Below, piece by piece: positions 1 through 10,833 of a stretch of DNA of 64,000 nucleotides (the stretch's first letter is position 1; every line of letters starts with the position of its first letter). Location of the stretch: NCBI GenBank assembly GCA_963833125.1, contig CAWHWX010000014.1:67367-131366 (forward strand), in the 5' to 3' direction. The notes beneath the pieces are model-generated. The model made no database searches. It had not been told where the DNA came from and saw only the letters and a list, made by a program, of their open reading frames with translations. This DNA comes from Candidatus Bathyarchaeota archaeon. GTDB lineage: Archaea; Thermoproteota; Bathyarchaeia; 40CM-2-53-6. Both the position numbers and the translations under genes were made by a program.

Positions 1-215
1 TTGAGTCGTCTAAGACAGTGTTTTTTATACCTGATGTCCGTAACTGGGCATGCATCATGTCGGATCATGACGTTGTTGGCTTAATCTGAAGATTGTTAGT
101 CGAAATACCCTGGTTCTGCGCTACTTTTGATGATTACTTTTCTTACGCTAACTCCGACTTCTCTGATGAGTACACCCGCAACGGACCTCCAGAGAACAAT
201 CAAGGCGGTGGCAGT

Positions 216-1857
216 GTGAGAGTTTCTTCTTGGGTCGCAACTATACTCTTTCTTCTGTTCTCAGTTACGATAGTTGCGTTCCCTAATACTTCGGGTCATT
301 TCGCACCAGAATCATCACCACAATCCGGTTTCCTATGCACCTTTAACAGTTTCCTGTCATCATCAACCATAACGCCGGGGAACTCCTAGCGTAACGGTTA
401 GTGGGACGGATACTTGCGACCCCGCACAAAGTTACATGTGGGCTGCGCTATATTCCGAATCATGCTACTCCATCAAATCATATCTAACTCAAGTAGGGTA
501 CACTTATTTGTGGACGCATGGTCCGCCTTCGATTTCCTACGTAAGGGATTTCACTCTCACTGATAGCAGTGGTCAATTCACCGGAAATTATCCTACCTCT
601 TCGCTTACACCGGGGCAAATCCCATTCTTCTCCAGGTCCCGCGCCTCTGGACAATTTTCTACTTTCTCTTCCTAGTACCTATCCCACGGGGTGTCAAGCT
701 CCTATCTACAATGATCTTGCCGTAATAGAATCATTGGGAGCGTACTCTAGCATTACCAGTTCTCAGGCACTAATGACCTGTTTTCTTTGTTATACTTTCA
801 CCTCGACATCAGCGCCGCCTGCAGTGACAAATTCATTACCACCTGCCACCATGATAACACAGACACCGACCTTGCCGCCTGCAACGGTTGTGGAGACGGA
901 CTGGGAGGTCCTCTCGCGTCCCGAACCCTCCCTAGCTCCTACACTCGGTCAGGCGGTGACATTTGGGCATGGTTATGGCCGCGGTCTGCGACCTCGGGGT
1001 CCTTCCCACAAAGTGTCTACGTGGAATGCCTGATTGACGGCGCAAATTGGGCCACGGCTTGGTTTCATACCCCGGTCCAATTGGGATGCTTCATTCCCGA
1101 TAACTGCGACAAAGCATATCTCAAGCAACGGCGGGACCTATATTCTCACTTGGTCGATTTCAACTAATAACGATCCCAACCCTGGCAATAACGTAATGGC
1201 CATCATTTTCACAGTCGAATCACCAAATGAAACGACAACGCAGCCAACAGCAACCAGTACGCAACCAGCCGCATGCACCTTTAGCAGCTCACTTTCCTCT
1301 TCAAACATAACGCAAGGCACTCCTAGTGTAACGGTAGTGGGACGGATACTTGCGACCCTCCAGAAAGTTCTATCACTGCTCTCATCTATTCTAGTCCCTG
1401 TCCCTTCAATGGGCTTCCGGTCGACGTTGCTTCTTCATTTTTCGGAAACGGGACCAGTGATAGCAGTGGCCATTTCTCCTATATTGCTGGCACATCTGGG
1501 CTCGGCCCAGGTTATTATTGCGTCATCATCCAGTTAGTTAATCATTGGACAGTCGGGTGGTTATGATCCTCTAACTGTAACCGCCGCGGCAACGCCAAGT
1601 CTCAACCTCATCCTCCTCAACTCAAACATCAAGCAACCTGATGAGCATAATCCAACGAAATCAAATCCTCGTACTCGGAGGCATAATCTTGTCAGCCGCC
1701 GTCATAATTGCGGTAGCGTTGCGGGGTCGGAAAACCAACCCCCACCCAACCAACTAAAGCAGATGTAGCAGCCGACATGGTTTACTGCGGAAAATGTGGA
1801 ACCCAAAACCCCACCGCCAACCAGTTCTGCCTAAAGTGCGGCACCAAATCAAACTGA
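216..1857 (+). CDS. Ser/Thr-rich secreted/membrane protein with a duplicated extracellular domain, C-terminal TM helix and cytoplasmic zinc ribbon (several frameshifts)
   Basis: Signal-like N-terminus VRVSSWVATILFLLFSVTIVAFP; ORF pieces 93-389, 436-675, 569-1033, 787-1167 and 1034-1537 tile the region; TM segment GIILSAAVIIAVALRGRK near 1680-1730; MVYCGKCGTQNPTANQFCLKCGTKSN at 1777-1857. Confidence 0.55.
336..1360 (+). repeat. Intragenic duplicated segment (about 336-424 and 1274-1360)
   Basis: tgcacctttaacag...cctagcgtaacggttagtgggacggatacttgcgaccc versus tgcacctttagcag...cctagtgtaacggtagtgggacggatacttgcgaccc; tgatagcagtgg also recurs near 561 and 1458. Confidence 0.75.
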
Positions 1858-2466
1858 CACCGCCCACAAACGTAACCTAGCAAAGCAACCGCCACGATTA
1901 CAGTGACCTCACCAGCCGACGAAATGTAGACAGTCCACACGGACCAACAAGAACGTACCGTTACCTCAAATGAATTGCCTTAAAGTTGGCGATGTCCAAT
2001 TTTCTAGGCTTGAAGAAGGCTGCCTGAAGTTCAGAGTCCGCTGTGACCGCCAGGAAGCGCCAAACGTACTACTGGGTGGAAATGAAGTATAATTACCCTT
2101 TACGACTTCCTCTCCAACCCACGTTAAATACCTAGTCGGCATGTACACCGACTCAGTTGTTTGATGGAGGTGTTTGAGGTTTGGCTAAGAAACGAAAAGT
2201 TAAGATGAAGCTAGGTACTGAGCACGACAAGAACGTTAGGCAAGAGGAAATGGTAGCTTAAGGCTACCGACCGAGGGCGGTAATCGCTCTAATCTTCTTT
2301 CTTTGTTAATCGAAACTTGCTGTTCCTAGTCTTAATCCACCCCGCACTAACCCAAAACCACATTCACCAATGTGGGTTTCGTTCCACTCTAATTGTAAGA
2401 CTCCACTCCGACGGTGTGATTAATTGAAGCATTCTCTTTATTGGACCCGCGATTACTTCCCAGTTA

Positions 2467-3735
2467 ATGGTGCCGGATGCCTTGAATGATTATCTCCGTG
2501 ACATCGTCGGGACGGACGGGAGCGAATTAGATGGAAAAAGAATTCTGCTTGGAGTTACCGGCAGCATATCGGCTTACCGTGCGCCTGATGTGGCCAGGTT
2601 GCTGATGCGTCATGGGGCCGACGTATACCCTGTAATGTCCGACATGGCCGAGCAAATCATTCATCCAAACCTGCTTGAATGGGCTACGGGAAACCCCGTC
2701 GTAACTAAGCTAACCGGCAAAATTGAACACGTGCAGTATACGACTGGAAGCTCAAGGGTTGATGTGTTACTGATAGCTCCTTGCACGGCCAACACGGTAA
2801 GTAAGATCGCTTCTGGGATCGACGACACAGTCATCACTTCATTCGTCTCCTCAGCCTTAGGAACAGATTTGCCAATCGTAATCGCCCCCGCCATGCACGA
2901 CACAATGTACGCACAATCGATAGTTCGAGAGAACCTTCGCAAACTAACCGAACTAGGCGTCATCTTCGTAGAACCAACTCAAGAAGAAAAAAAGGCTAAA
3001 CTTGCCTCTCCAGAAAGCATTTTGCAAGCAGTAATTGAGGCATTACCAAAGAAAGACTACGTCGGCCGAAGCGTTATGGTAACCCTAGGACCGACGATCG
3101 AACGGATAGACCCTGTCAGAATCATCACTAATCCAAGCAGCGGAAAGATGGGCGGCGCCCTTGCGTTCGAAGCGCAAAAGCGGGGTGCCTCGGTCACGAT
3201 CATCCACGGACCGGTGTCAGTTCCTCTGCCAACCCAAGCAAAGACAATCTCGGTGAAATCGAGCAAGGAAATGTACGATGAAGTAATGAAAGAACTACGG
3301 TCAACGAATTATGACCTTGTACTCGCCAATGCCGCACCAGCGGATTACGCCCCGCCGACGAGTGATAGAAAGATCGCGACTACAGAGCACTCGCAAATTA
3401 CCCTTCAATTGAATGCAACGCCTAAGATAATTGACGAAATCAAAAGAGTTAGTCCAAACACATTCCTCGTAGCGTTTCGGGCACAATCCGGCCTCTCGCA
3501 CGATGAGCTGGTTTCAGATGCCTACCAGAGGCTTCGGAAGGCTTCAGCAGATCTGATAGGAGTAAATGACGTTGGTCGCGAGGATATAGGGTTCGGATCA
3601 GACTTCAATGAAGTAACCCTAGTTGACACTCGGGGTAGATCGAAAGTTCTTCACAGAAATACGAAACGTGTTATCGCTAAGCAGATTCTTGACGAAGTGT
3701 CAGAGAAACTCCCGCTAAACGATCGACCAAGGTAG
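2467..3735 (+). CDS. coaBC: Bifunctional phosphopantothenoylcysteine decarboxylase / phosphopantothenate-cysteine ligase
   Basis: GKRILLGVTGSISAY, APCTANT, PAMH, GPTIERIDPVRIITNPSSGKMG, NAAPADY, TPKII motifs. Confidence 0.95.
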   Translation: MVPDALNDYLRDIVGTDGSELDGKRILLGVTGSISAYRAPDVARLLMRHGADVYPVMSDMAEQIIHPNLLEWATGNPVVTKLTGKIEHVQYTTGSSRVDVLLIAPCTANTVSKIASGIDDTVITSFVSSALGTDLPIVIAPAMHDTMYAQSIVRENLRKLTELGVIFVEPTQEEKKAKLASPESILQAVIEALPKKDYVGRSVMVTLGPTIERIDPVRIITNPSSGKMGGALAFEAQKRGASVTIIHGPVSVPLPTQAKTISVKSSKEMYDEVMKELRSTNYDLVLANAAPADYAPPTSDRKIATTEHSQITLQLNATPKIIDEIKRVSPNTFLVAFRAQSGLSHDELVSDAYQRLRKASADLIGVNDVGREDIGFGSDFNEVTLVDTRGRSKVLHRNTKRVIAKQILDEVSEKLPLNDRPR

Positions 3736-3745
3736 CTGTGCTTGA

Positions 3746-4508
3746 ATGACCTGCAGAGTGGCTGCTGCACAATTATCCCTAGGTAAGGGATCCTACGAGA
3801 AGACAATGGAAGCATCCCAGACCCTCATACGGGACACGTCGAAAGCTAAGGCTCAAATTGTATGCCTTCCTGAGCACTGGCTACTTGAGTTCTGGAAGAA
3901 TGCGGTCGATGCCGACGAGAGACTAGCCGAGACAGCAAAAGGCGAGCGAATAATCGTAATCACAGGCGCAAATTATGTTCCCAATCAACCCAAGCCTAAC
4001 GGTACGAAGCACAATCATCGACTCAAGTGGAAAGATTCTAGGATATCAGGATAAGATCCATCTCTTCCGAGATGAAAGATCAGTTGCCGTTCCGGGCGGA
4101 AAGTACAGTGTTATTCAAACACCATTCGGCAGCGTGGGAATCACAATATGCTACGATAATGTTTTTCCCGAAGCCGCCAGAACCTTGACCTTACAGGGAG
4201 CTGACATGCTTTTCGTTCCCTCGCGAATTATCTTGGATGGCATTGATCCATGGGTTTTGTATTTGAGAACCCGCGCCTTAGAAAATCGGCTTCCAGTAAT
4301 AGCACCTAACATTCTTCACCCTCCTCGATACATGGGGGGAAGCGTAATTATCGAACTTGAAGAAAATGCCGGCCCCGTGATATTGCCTAAGATTGTTGCG
4401 TCCGCGGGAAGTCGAGAGACTGTTATTGTGGCAGATTTGGACATTGATAAGTCGAGAAGGCTCCGGTCCGAGAGGCTGTCTCAACGAGTACCGTCTGCGT
4501 ACACATGA
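3746..4508 (+). CDS. Carbon-nitrogen hydrolase (nitrilase superfamily), frameshift near 3990
   Basis: CLPE, KIHLF, ICYD and RALEN motifs split over two overlapping ORFs. Confidence 0.85.
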
Positions 4509-4670
4509 AAAAGAGTATGGAAGGTAATTGGTTTGGCGTGTATACGCTGAGCAGATGGTCGAGGAGAAGGCGCCGGGCCAAGTGCCGCCAAAGGTAAGAG
4601 ACGGCTACGGCAAAAAAGGAGACCCATGGAAGGTTTGAATCTAGTTGCGTAAACTGATCTTCGGGCTTAT

Positions 4671-5729
4671 TCACGGGCGAGCCTCGAAGATTCTGTTGAA
4701 GGGTGTTTGGGTTGCTCTCCTAAACCCTTTGAAGCCTCCAAGCGAAGCTATCTCTTGCAGTTTCGAATCGCTTCCTTGGGCACCTACTGCGAGCCCCACT
4801 TCCTGGGCTAGGGACGAGGGAACGCAGACCAAGGTGGACGCGTTGTAGAATATACGTCCAACCGGATTGAGGTTTTCCTCCAAGCGCTCATTTGAGTAGG
4901 GTTCGACGATCATCCACGTGCCCTCCGGTTTGAGCGATTGATGCACGTGCTTTGCCGCGCCTACCGGATCGCCCATATCGTGAAGACAATCGAAAAAGGT
5001 TACCAGGTCAAATTCCTTACCCGGATAATTCTTGGCGAGCGAAACTTCGAAGGTTGTGTTGCCCGATACGCCTTCGGTGACTGCAGCATTCTTAGCCCAT
5101 TCGATCGATTCCAAATGATAATCGTATCCTATGAATCGCAATTTGGGAAACGCCTTTGCCATTATGACCGTAGATGCCCCATAGCCGCATCCAACGTCTG
5201 CGACACGCGCGCCAGCCTTGAGTTTCTCGACAACGCCGTCGAGGCTTGGAAGCCAAGAACTAACTAGGTTGGCAAGGTAACCGGGACGAAAGAATTTCTG
5301 CACGCCAAGGAATAAATCGTTGTGATGTTCGTGCCATCCAAATCCCTTCCCTGACCGAAATGCATCAGCGAGTTTCCCGCGATCCTTGTAGACTGAGGAG
5401 ACGATGTAGAATGCTCCCGGGATGTAGACGGGGCTGTCCTCATTGGCGAGCGTAAATGTCTGCTCGGTAGTCATCACATACTTTCCAGTTGCGGAATCGT
5501 AATTAACATAGCCACCCGCGGCTTGACCAGCAAGCCATTCGCGAACGTAACGTTCAGATGTGCCTGTCTCCTTGGCAAGTTCATCCGGGGTCAACGGTCC
5601 GTGAGCTGATAGCGCTTTGTAGAGCCCCAGTTGTTCGCCGATTAGTATCGCGGGTCCCTGCATTGACGCGCCGAATTCTGTCACGAACTTTCCTACAATT
5701 TCATTCAGCTTATCCTGATTGACTCTCAA
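4671..5729 (-). CDS. Class I SAM-dependent methyltransferase with N-terminal winged helix (Rv2258c-like)
   Basis: ERYVREWL, VADVGCGYG, FFDCLHDMGDP. Confidence 0.9.
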   Translation of the reverse strand: MRVNQDKLNEIVGKFVTEFGASMQGPAILIGEQLGLYKALSAHGPLTPDELAKETGTSERYVREWLAGQAAGGYVNYDSATGKYVMTTEQTFTLANEDSPVYIPGAFYIVSSVYKDRGKLADAFRSGKGFGWHEHHNDLFLGVQKFFRPGYLANLVSSWLPSLDGVVEKLKAGARVADVGCGYGASTVIMAKAFPKLRFIGYDYHLESIEWAKNAAVTEGVSGNTTFEVSLAKNYPGKEFDLVTFFDCLHDMGDPVGAAKHVHQSLKPEGTWMIVEPYSNERLEENLNPVGRIFYNASTLVCVPSSLAQEVGLAVGAQGSDSKLQEIASLGGFKGFRRATQTPFNRIFEARP

Positions 5730-5874
5730 AGTTCCACATGGCCCAAACGGTGCAAAGAAAATAAGGATTCCTTTCTCTGGTTCTGTAAAGTCTTCATCGG
5801 TTAGCGTTTTTGTTGTAATTTGGTGGGTTGAGACTTGCTTATTGATCTGTTTGATTAGTGCCTCTAGTGGTTTC

Positions 5875-6620
5875 CTAGAGCGCTGTTAGATCATCAAATG
5901 CGCGTAGAATTTGCTCGATAACTAGGCGTGTAGCTTCAGAAGAAACTCTTGTACGACTGATTAACCATCTATCTCTCCCTCCCTCTAGGAGATCGTTTAG
6001 TCTGTCTCCAACACTTGGATTCGTCCAGTCACCATGCGCAAGAACGTCTCTTAATCGTCCTAACGTTTTCAGTCGTTTAATAGAATCAGACGGAAGCAAT
6101 TTGAGAAAATCTAGCAATGCTGTCTTACCACTCCAATTCCGAAACTGGGGTTGAGGGACAAGCCGACTTAGTTGAAGGTTAAGTCCAAACATGGCATTAA
6201 GAATCGCCAATTCGTTCATGTTTCCCTGTAATTCAAACGCTCTTATCAAAAAGAGCAAAGAATCTGAATCTATAGCAAGTAGTGTGCACATAGTATTTCG
6301 AAAGGTTTCTACATCTATTTCCGTTCCAAGTTTATGCGCTTCTACGACAATTATGCCACTCTGCCGAGGGAGCTGTCCGTCCTCAAGTATGCTTTCCTGT
6401 TTCAAGGTTAACCCTCGCCATTCGCTCGCATATACAGTCGCAATCCTTGCCGCAAACTGAAGTGAGCGAAGCTCATTTAGACCATCTGCGGCAATTTTGA
6501 TACCAGACGGTGAAAGCTCAACGATTCCTGTTTCTTGGCTGATGGTTACATTTGGTATCTTAAGATTATCAACATCGCGAGTTCTAGTTTGTAAGTGGCA
6601 ACATACTTCTTAGATTTCAT
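5875..6620 (-). CDS. HEPN-motif protein (Rx4H), probable frameshift near 6585
   Basis: LRDVLAHG in a helical C-terminal region; the frame stays open upstream of the TTG at 6405 to about 6600; ATG at 6620 lies in the adjacent frame. Confidence 0.5.
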
Positions 6621-6702
6621 CAAACCTTGCTCCGTTTATCTTGCTCTCTATTGGCGTTTTGAATAAATGGAAGCGACGCCGCTACTTCAAAGATAAGGCC
6701 CG

Positions 6703-7531
6703 TTACCCGAACCAGAAGTTCGTTCCTGCGAGAGTCGAACGCTTGGCTTTTGCAAGTTTTTCCAGCCGTTCCAGTTCTGAGAGTGCGTCCTTTGAAGCAA
6801 GGTCGAATACGCGCTGAATTTCCACGAGGGGTGTTGGCCCTTGGGTTTTGATATATTCGAGAACGTCAGTAGGCTTTGCCTTTCTTAGCTGTCCTGCTGA
6901 CAAGTAGTCAATCGCTCCTTCCACGACTGATGGTTGGAAACTTTGATCCAAGTAAACGACCCTACCACGCCGATCGGATACAGCAATGTTGTAGAACCCA
7001 ACGTGAACTGGCGGCGCGTCCTCACCTTGATTTTCAAGAGCTGCCTTGAGGCCAGCTTGGTCGGCCCAATCGCGTTTGAACCTTGCCTCGTCGAGCCCAG
7101 CCTCCGCTTACTGCCTCAAGGATCGTCGTTTCACTAGTCACATCTTTGTTTTCGACAATGTTGCGCCTCAGGAGCGAACGGTAAAATCGGTGGCCTTTCT
7201 CGTGGCCTTGGCGTTCTGCCGCCATAACCGCTAGGGAGGCGGGTAGGACGTTCTTGGGCATTGTGTCAAATCGGTAGTTGAGGTGCATCGGTACGCCCAT
7301 GATTTCTTGTGATTCTTTCGCCCATTTGGTCATCCCTGCGTCGTCGAGTTCATAATTTTTCTTGTACTCCTCAATGTCCTCGTACACGGTTCCATAAAGG
7401 GTAACAATGTTAATTTGCTCTCCGTACACGAGCTTCAAACGATTGAAGACTGGCTCGTATCCCCACGACCACCAGCATGTGGGTGCCGTGAAGTGGACAA
7501 CGGCGATACGTTTGTCATGATCATGACTCAT
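6703..7531 (-). CDS. DsbA/FrnE (YjbH-like) thioredoxin-fold protein with C-terminal winged-helix-like extension, frameshift near 7100
   Basis: HFTAPTCWWSWGYEP, PASLAVMAA; the downstream frame ends PLVEIQRVFDL...AGTNFWFG. Confidence 0.7.
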
Positions 7532-7546
7532 TCCGGATCGTCTCAA

Positions 7547-8407
7547 TCAAACAGGTTTCGATGCAACCACTATCACGCATTCTGCGGGAATCCTCACCCC
7601 ATCAGAGGTTGCGTAGCGTGCTATGTTGGCCCGGGTTTTTTCCAGAATCTCCTGTTGAACATCTTTGTCTTCCTCGCTTAGGGAATGCCCCAGCGGCGTC
7701 CCTTCAAGAAGCATGCTCAGGTATGCCTCTGGGTCTCGAGCTCTCCACTCGATCGTGATTCGAATTTCCTTGGTATTCTCATAGCCAAGTTTCCGGAGCA
7801 TCGCCGCTAGTTCGTCTGGCCCGCCCAACTCATATGGAGTAGGTAAGTAACCGTCCTCGTCTGGGGTCGCGTGCTCCATCATTGGCCCGACCATGACGTC
7901 GAGTGCTGGCGCCCTCTTCCCTACGCTCCAAACAGTAAACCCCGCCCTCCCTCTCTGCTTGAGGACCCGAAAAATTTCTCGCGCCGCATCTTCAGGGTTC
8001 GTTACAATTTGGAAACCGAAACAGGAAACTGCCAAGTCAAATATGTTATCTGGAAAATCGAGTTTCTCAGCGTCCATGTTTAGGAACTTGACGTTGGGTA
8101 ATCCTCTCTTCTGCGCGGTCTTGGTGGCCATTTCCGTCATGTTCCGCGAGAGGTCTACGCCAACGACGCTCCCTGAGGGTGAGATCATCTCGGCGATCGT
8201 CATGGCGGGTTCACCTGGTCCTGTGCATATGTCGATTACCGCTTCGCCTGGCATGGGCTTCAGGTTCTCCAGAAGCGCTTTGTGGTATGGTCTGAGTTGT
8301 TGTAATATGGGAAGGTACTTGTCTGCGCACTCGTCCCAGGTTTCACGCGTGTAATTCTTGTAATATTCGTCAGTATATTTCCAAGACATGGAAGTTTCGG
8401 CGTACAT
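7547..8407 (-). CDS. UbiE-like class I SAM-dependent methyltransferase
   Basis: VIDICTGPG, GVDLS, MDAEKLDFPDNIFD, EIFRVLK. Confidence 0.9.
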   Translation of the reverse strand: MYAETSMSWKYTDEYYKNYTRETWDECADKYLPILQQLRPYHKALLENLKPMPGEAVIDICTGPGEPAMTIAEMISPSGSVVGVDLSRNMTEMATKTAQKRGLPNVKFLNMDAEKLDFPDNIFDLAVSCFGFQIVTNPEDAAREIFRVLKQRGRAGFTVWSVGKRAPALDVMVGPMMEHATPDEDGYLPTPYELGGPDELAAMLRKLGYENTKEIRITIEWRARDPEAYLSMLLEGTPLGHSLSEEDKDVQQEILEKTRANIARYATSDGVRIPAECVIVVASKPV

Positions 8408-8552
8408 TTACAGCTAGTCGGAAAGAAAAGCGTTTGCCATAGAAATGGTGAAACGGCGAAACTATCGCACTCGACATTTGATCGAGTTCGACTATTTTCG
8501 GGTCGATCGCGGATCGTTCGCAGAAGGTCGTTGTATACTAGTCGTTTAGCGT

Positions 8553-8954
8553 CTAGATGCCGAGTAGGTAGCTGAGGGAGAAGGCGCCCGCTCCAAGGGC
8601 CGCCAATGCAAGGGATGCGACTAGAAGGATGACGTCTACTTCATAGCCGCCGACGAACTTCTTTTTCATCTTGACCTTCGAAAGCCAAGTAACGGAGAGC
8701 ATCCACAGCACGAACAGGATGGCGATAATCTGCGTAAATATTCCCAGCACTAGGGCTATGCCGCCGAAGAACTCAACCACTCCACCGAACAGGATGAAGC
8801 CGGCTGGTAGACCCATACTCTTCATCCATTCGCCGCCCTGCTTTCTTTGTGCTGCGCTGAACTTCGGATATCCGTGGATTATGAAGACGGCACCGATTAT
8901 CAGCCTCAACAGTAGCGCTGCGACGCTTACGTGGACTCCGAGCAAATTTATCAA
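8553..8954 (-). CDS. DoxX family membrane protein (MhqP/CatD-like)
   Basis: LLRLIIGAVFIIHGYPK, EFFGGIALVLGIFT, GGYE, GAGAFSL. Confidence 0.9.
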   Translation of the reverse strand: MINLLGVHVSVAALLLRLIIGAVFIIHGYPKFSAAQRKQGGEWMKSMGLPAGFILFGGVVEFFGGIALVLGIFTQIIAILFVLWMLSVTWLSKVKMKKKFVGGYEVDVILLVASLALAALGAGAFSLSYLLGI

Positions 8955-8970
8955 TTCTTATCCTCACCGA

Positions 8971-9369
8971 CTAATTGGGTCCTTCCAGAAATACGGAAGT
9001 GCCCTTGATACTCACCTTGTACGTTTTCAAGGGTTCTACCTGGATATCGGCAATTATGTCCGCAGAATTCTTCATGAACTCAAGCATTTCCTGAGGAAGT
9101 TTCTGCATCACTTCCGGTGACATGTGCATCTGCGGACCCGTGAGGTTCTTCCCGGTTGTGACATCAAATTTTGCCCCATGAAGGGGACAGGTGACCTCAT
9201 TTCCCTGAAGCGTTCCCCTGGCTAGGCTTGCGTTCGAATGGCCGCATCTATTCGACGTAGCGTAGAACTTTCCATCAACGTTCGAAAGCAGAATGTCCTG
9301 GTCATACGCTCTCACTCGCTTCATACCACCAGGCGGTATCTCTGAGGTCTTGGCAACTTCAACTTCCAT
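8971..9369 (-). CDS. Rieske [2Fe-2S] ferredoxin
   Basis: CGH...CPLHGAKFDVTTG Rieske motifs. Confidence 0.9.
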   Translation of the reverse strand: MEVEVAKTSEIPPGGMKRVRAYDQDILLSNVDGKFYATSNRCGHSNASLARGTLQGNEVTCPLHGAKFDVTTGKNLTGPQMHMSPEVMQKLPQEMLEFMKNSADIIADIQVEPLKTYKVSIKGTSVFLEGPN

Positions 9370-9460
9370 TCTACATACTTCACTTGACTTTAGCAATCTA
9401 CTGTAGTAAAGTAAGCATATTAACCTGAGCTAACCCTAAGGTAACTAGGTTCGACGGAAA

Positions 9461-9859
9461 ATGCCAGCCCACTTGAAACTGAGAGCAATAGAGCATGACG
9501 CTGACAATTGCCCAGCCGTTGGCGCAATAAAGACTATCGTTACTGAATCGAGGCTCTTGGTTGTTAGACACTTGTTTACCGGCCCGAAACGTTTCAACGA
9601 ACTCCTCCGGACGTCTGGAATAAACTCGAAAACATTGTCAGCGACTTTGAGGTTCCTGGAACGGAACGGGATCGTCCGCAGGGAGGTCATCAATACCGCG
9701 CCCTTTAGTGTTCAATACTCTCTGACAACTTCCGGCCTCGAGCTTCAACCAGCGTTAGAAGGACTGGGAAAGTGGGGTATGAAATGGCTACCACAGTTTA
9801 ACACTAAACTCGCTGCCACTCAGCACATCGCGATCGCTCAAACTATTCCAAGTAGATGA
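9461..9859 (+). CDS. HxlR/DUF24 family winged-helix transcriptional regulator
   Basis: N-terminal CP, GPKRFNEL, GINSKTLSATLRFLE, VQYSLT. Confidence 0.9.
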   Translation: MPAHLKLRAIEHDADNCPAVGAIKTIVTESRLLVVRHLFTGPKRFNELLRTSGINSKTLSATLRFLERNGIVRREVINTAPFSVQYSLTTSGLELQPALEGLGKWGMKWLPQFNTKLAATQHIAIAQTIPSR

Positions 9860-9940
9860 ACGAAGTCGGCAAATCCTCAGCGTGAGCCACAAGTCATAAA
9901 TGAAATCGGCGCAGAAGAATGGAGTTCTGAGTAGATCGAT

Positions 9941-10783
9941 ATGGCACAGTCCACGATTACGACCAAGGACGGCACCCAGATCTATTACAAGGACTGGGGG
10001 ACAGGACAACCCGTAGTCTTCAGCCACGGTTGGCCGCTGAGTGCAGACGCCTTCGAAGATCAAATGTTCTACTTGGCTTCCCGCGGCTATCGCTGCATCG
10101 CGCATGACCGCCGCGGTCATGGCCGATCGAGCCAGCCTTGGAATGGAAATGACATGAACACCTACGCTGACGACCTCGCCGCGCTCGTAGAAGCGCTCGA
10201 CCTGAAGAAAGCGATCCACGTCGGCCACTCCACCGGGGGCGGCGAAGTTGCCCGCTATATCGGCCGGCACGGCTCGAAACGTGTTGCCAAAGCCGTGCTA
10301 ATCGGTGCCGTGCCCCCACTGATGCTCAAGACGCCCGCGAATCCGGGCGGCTTGCCAATCGAGACGTTCGATCAGATTCGCGCGAATGTCGTCGCTGACC
10401 GCTCGCAGTTCTGGAAGGATCTCAGCTTACCCTTTTACGGATACAACCGACCAGGCGCAAAAATTTCGGAAGGCCTGCGTGAATCGTTCTGGCTCCAAGG
10501 AATGATGGCCGGATTTCCCGCCTCATACTTTTGCATCAAAGCGTTCTCGGAGACCGATTTCACTGAAGACCTTAAGAAAATCGATGTGCCGACGCTCATC
10601 CTCCACGGCGACGATGATCAGATCGTGCCGATTGGCGCCTCGGCTATGCTTTCGTCTAAGTTGATCAAGGGCTCCACCTTGAAAATCTATCCGGGCGCAC
10701 CTCATGGCATGTGCTCGACTCTGAAGGACAAGGTGAACGCGGACCTCTCGCGTTCATCAAGGCCTGAGCAATCAACACTTTAG
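9941..10783 (+). CDS. Non-heme chloroperoxidase/perhydrolase-type alpha/beta hydrolase (last codons probably frameshifted)
   Basis: [22 protein letters not shown] nucleophile, [12 protein letters not shown]. Confidence 0.92.
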   Translation: MAQSTITTKDGTQIYYKDWGTGQPVVFSHGWPLSADAFEDQMFYLASRGYRCIAHDRRGHGRSSQPWNGNDMNTYADDLAALVEALDLKKAIHVGHSTGGGEVARYIGRHGSKRVAKAVLIGAVPPLMLKTPANPGGLPIETFDQIRANVVADRSQFWKDLSLPFYGYNRPGAKISEGLRESFWLQGMMAGFPASYFCIKAFSETDFTEDLKKIDVPTLILHGDDDQIVPIGASAMLSSKLIKGSTLKIYPGAPHGMCSTLKDKVNADLSRSSRPEQSTL

Positions 10784-10833
10784 GATTCGGGATAGTGTAA
10801 GGTAGTCTGATGCACCGGAGGGAGAGGAGACAT

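Noticed and set aside
1960-2400. Hairpins (agtcgg/ccgact, ggtagc/gctacc, ccacatt/aatgtgg) as tRNA, ncRNA or MITE
   Set aside because: No cloverleaf, T-loop or terminal inverted repeats; short stems alone are not enough evidence
9788-10319. Long antisense ORFs over the perhydrolase gene, and similar ones over rpo, ALDH and MoxR genes
   Set aside because: Shadow ORFs expected from codon bias; no recognisable motifs
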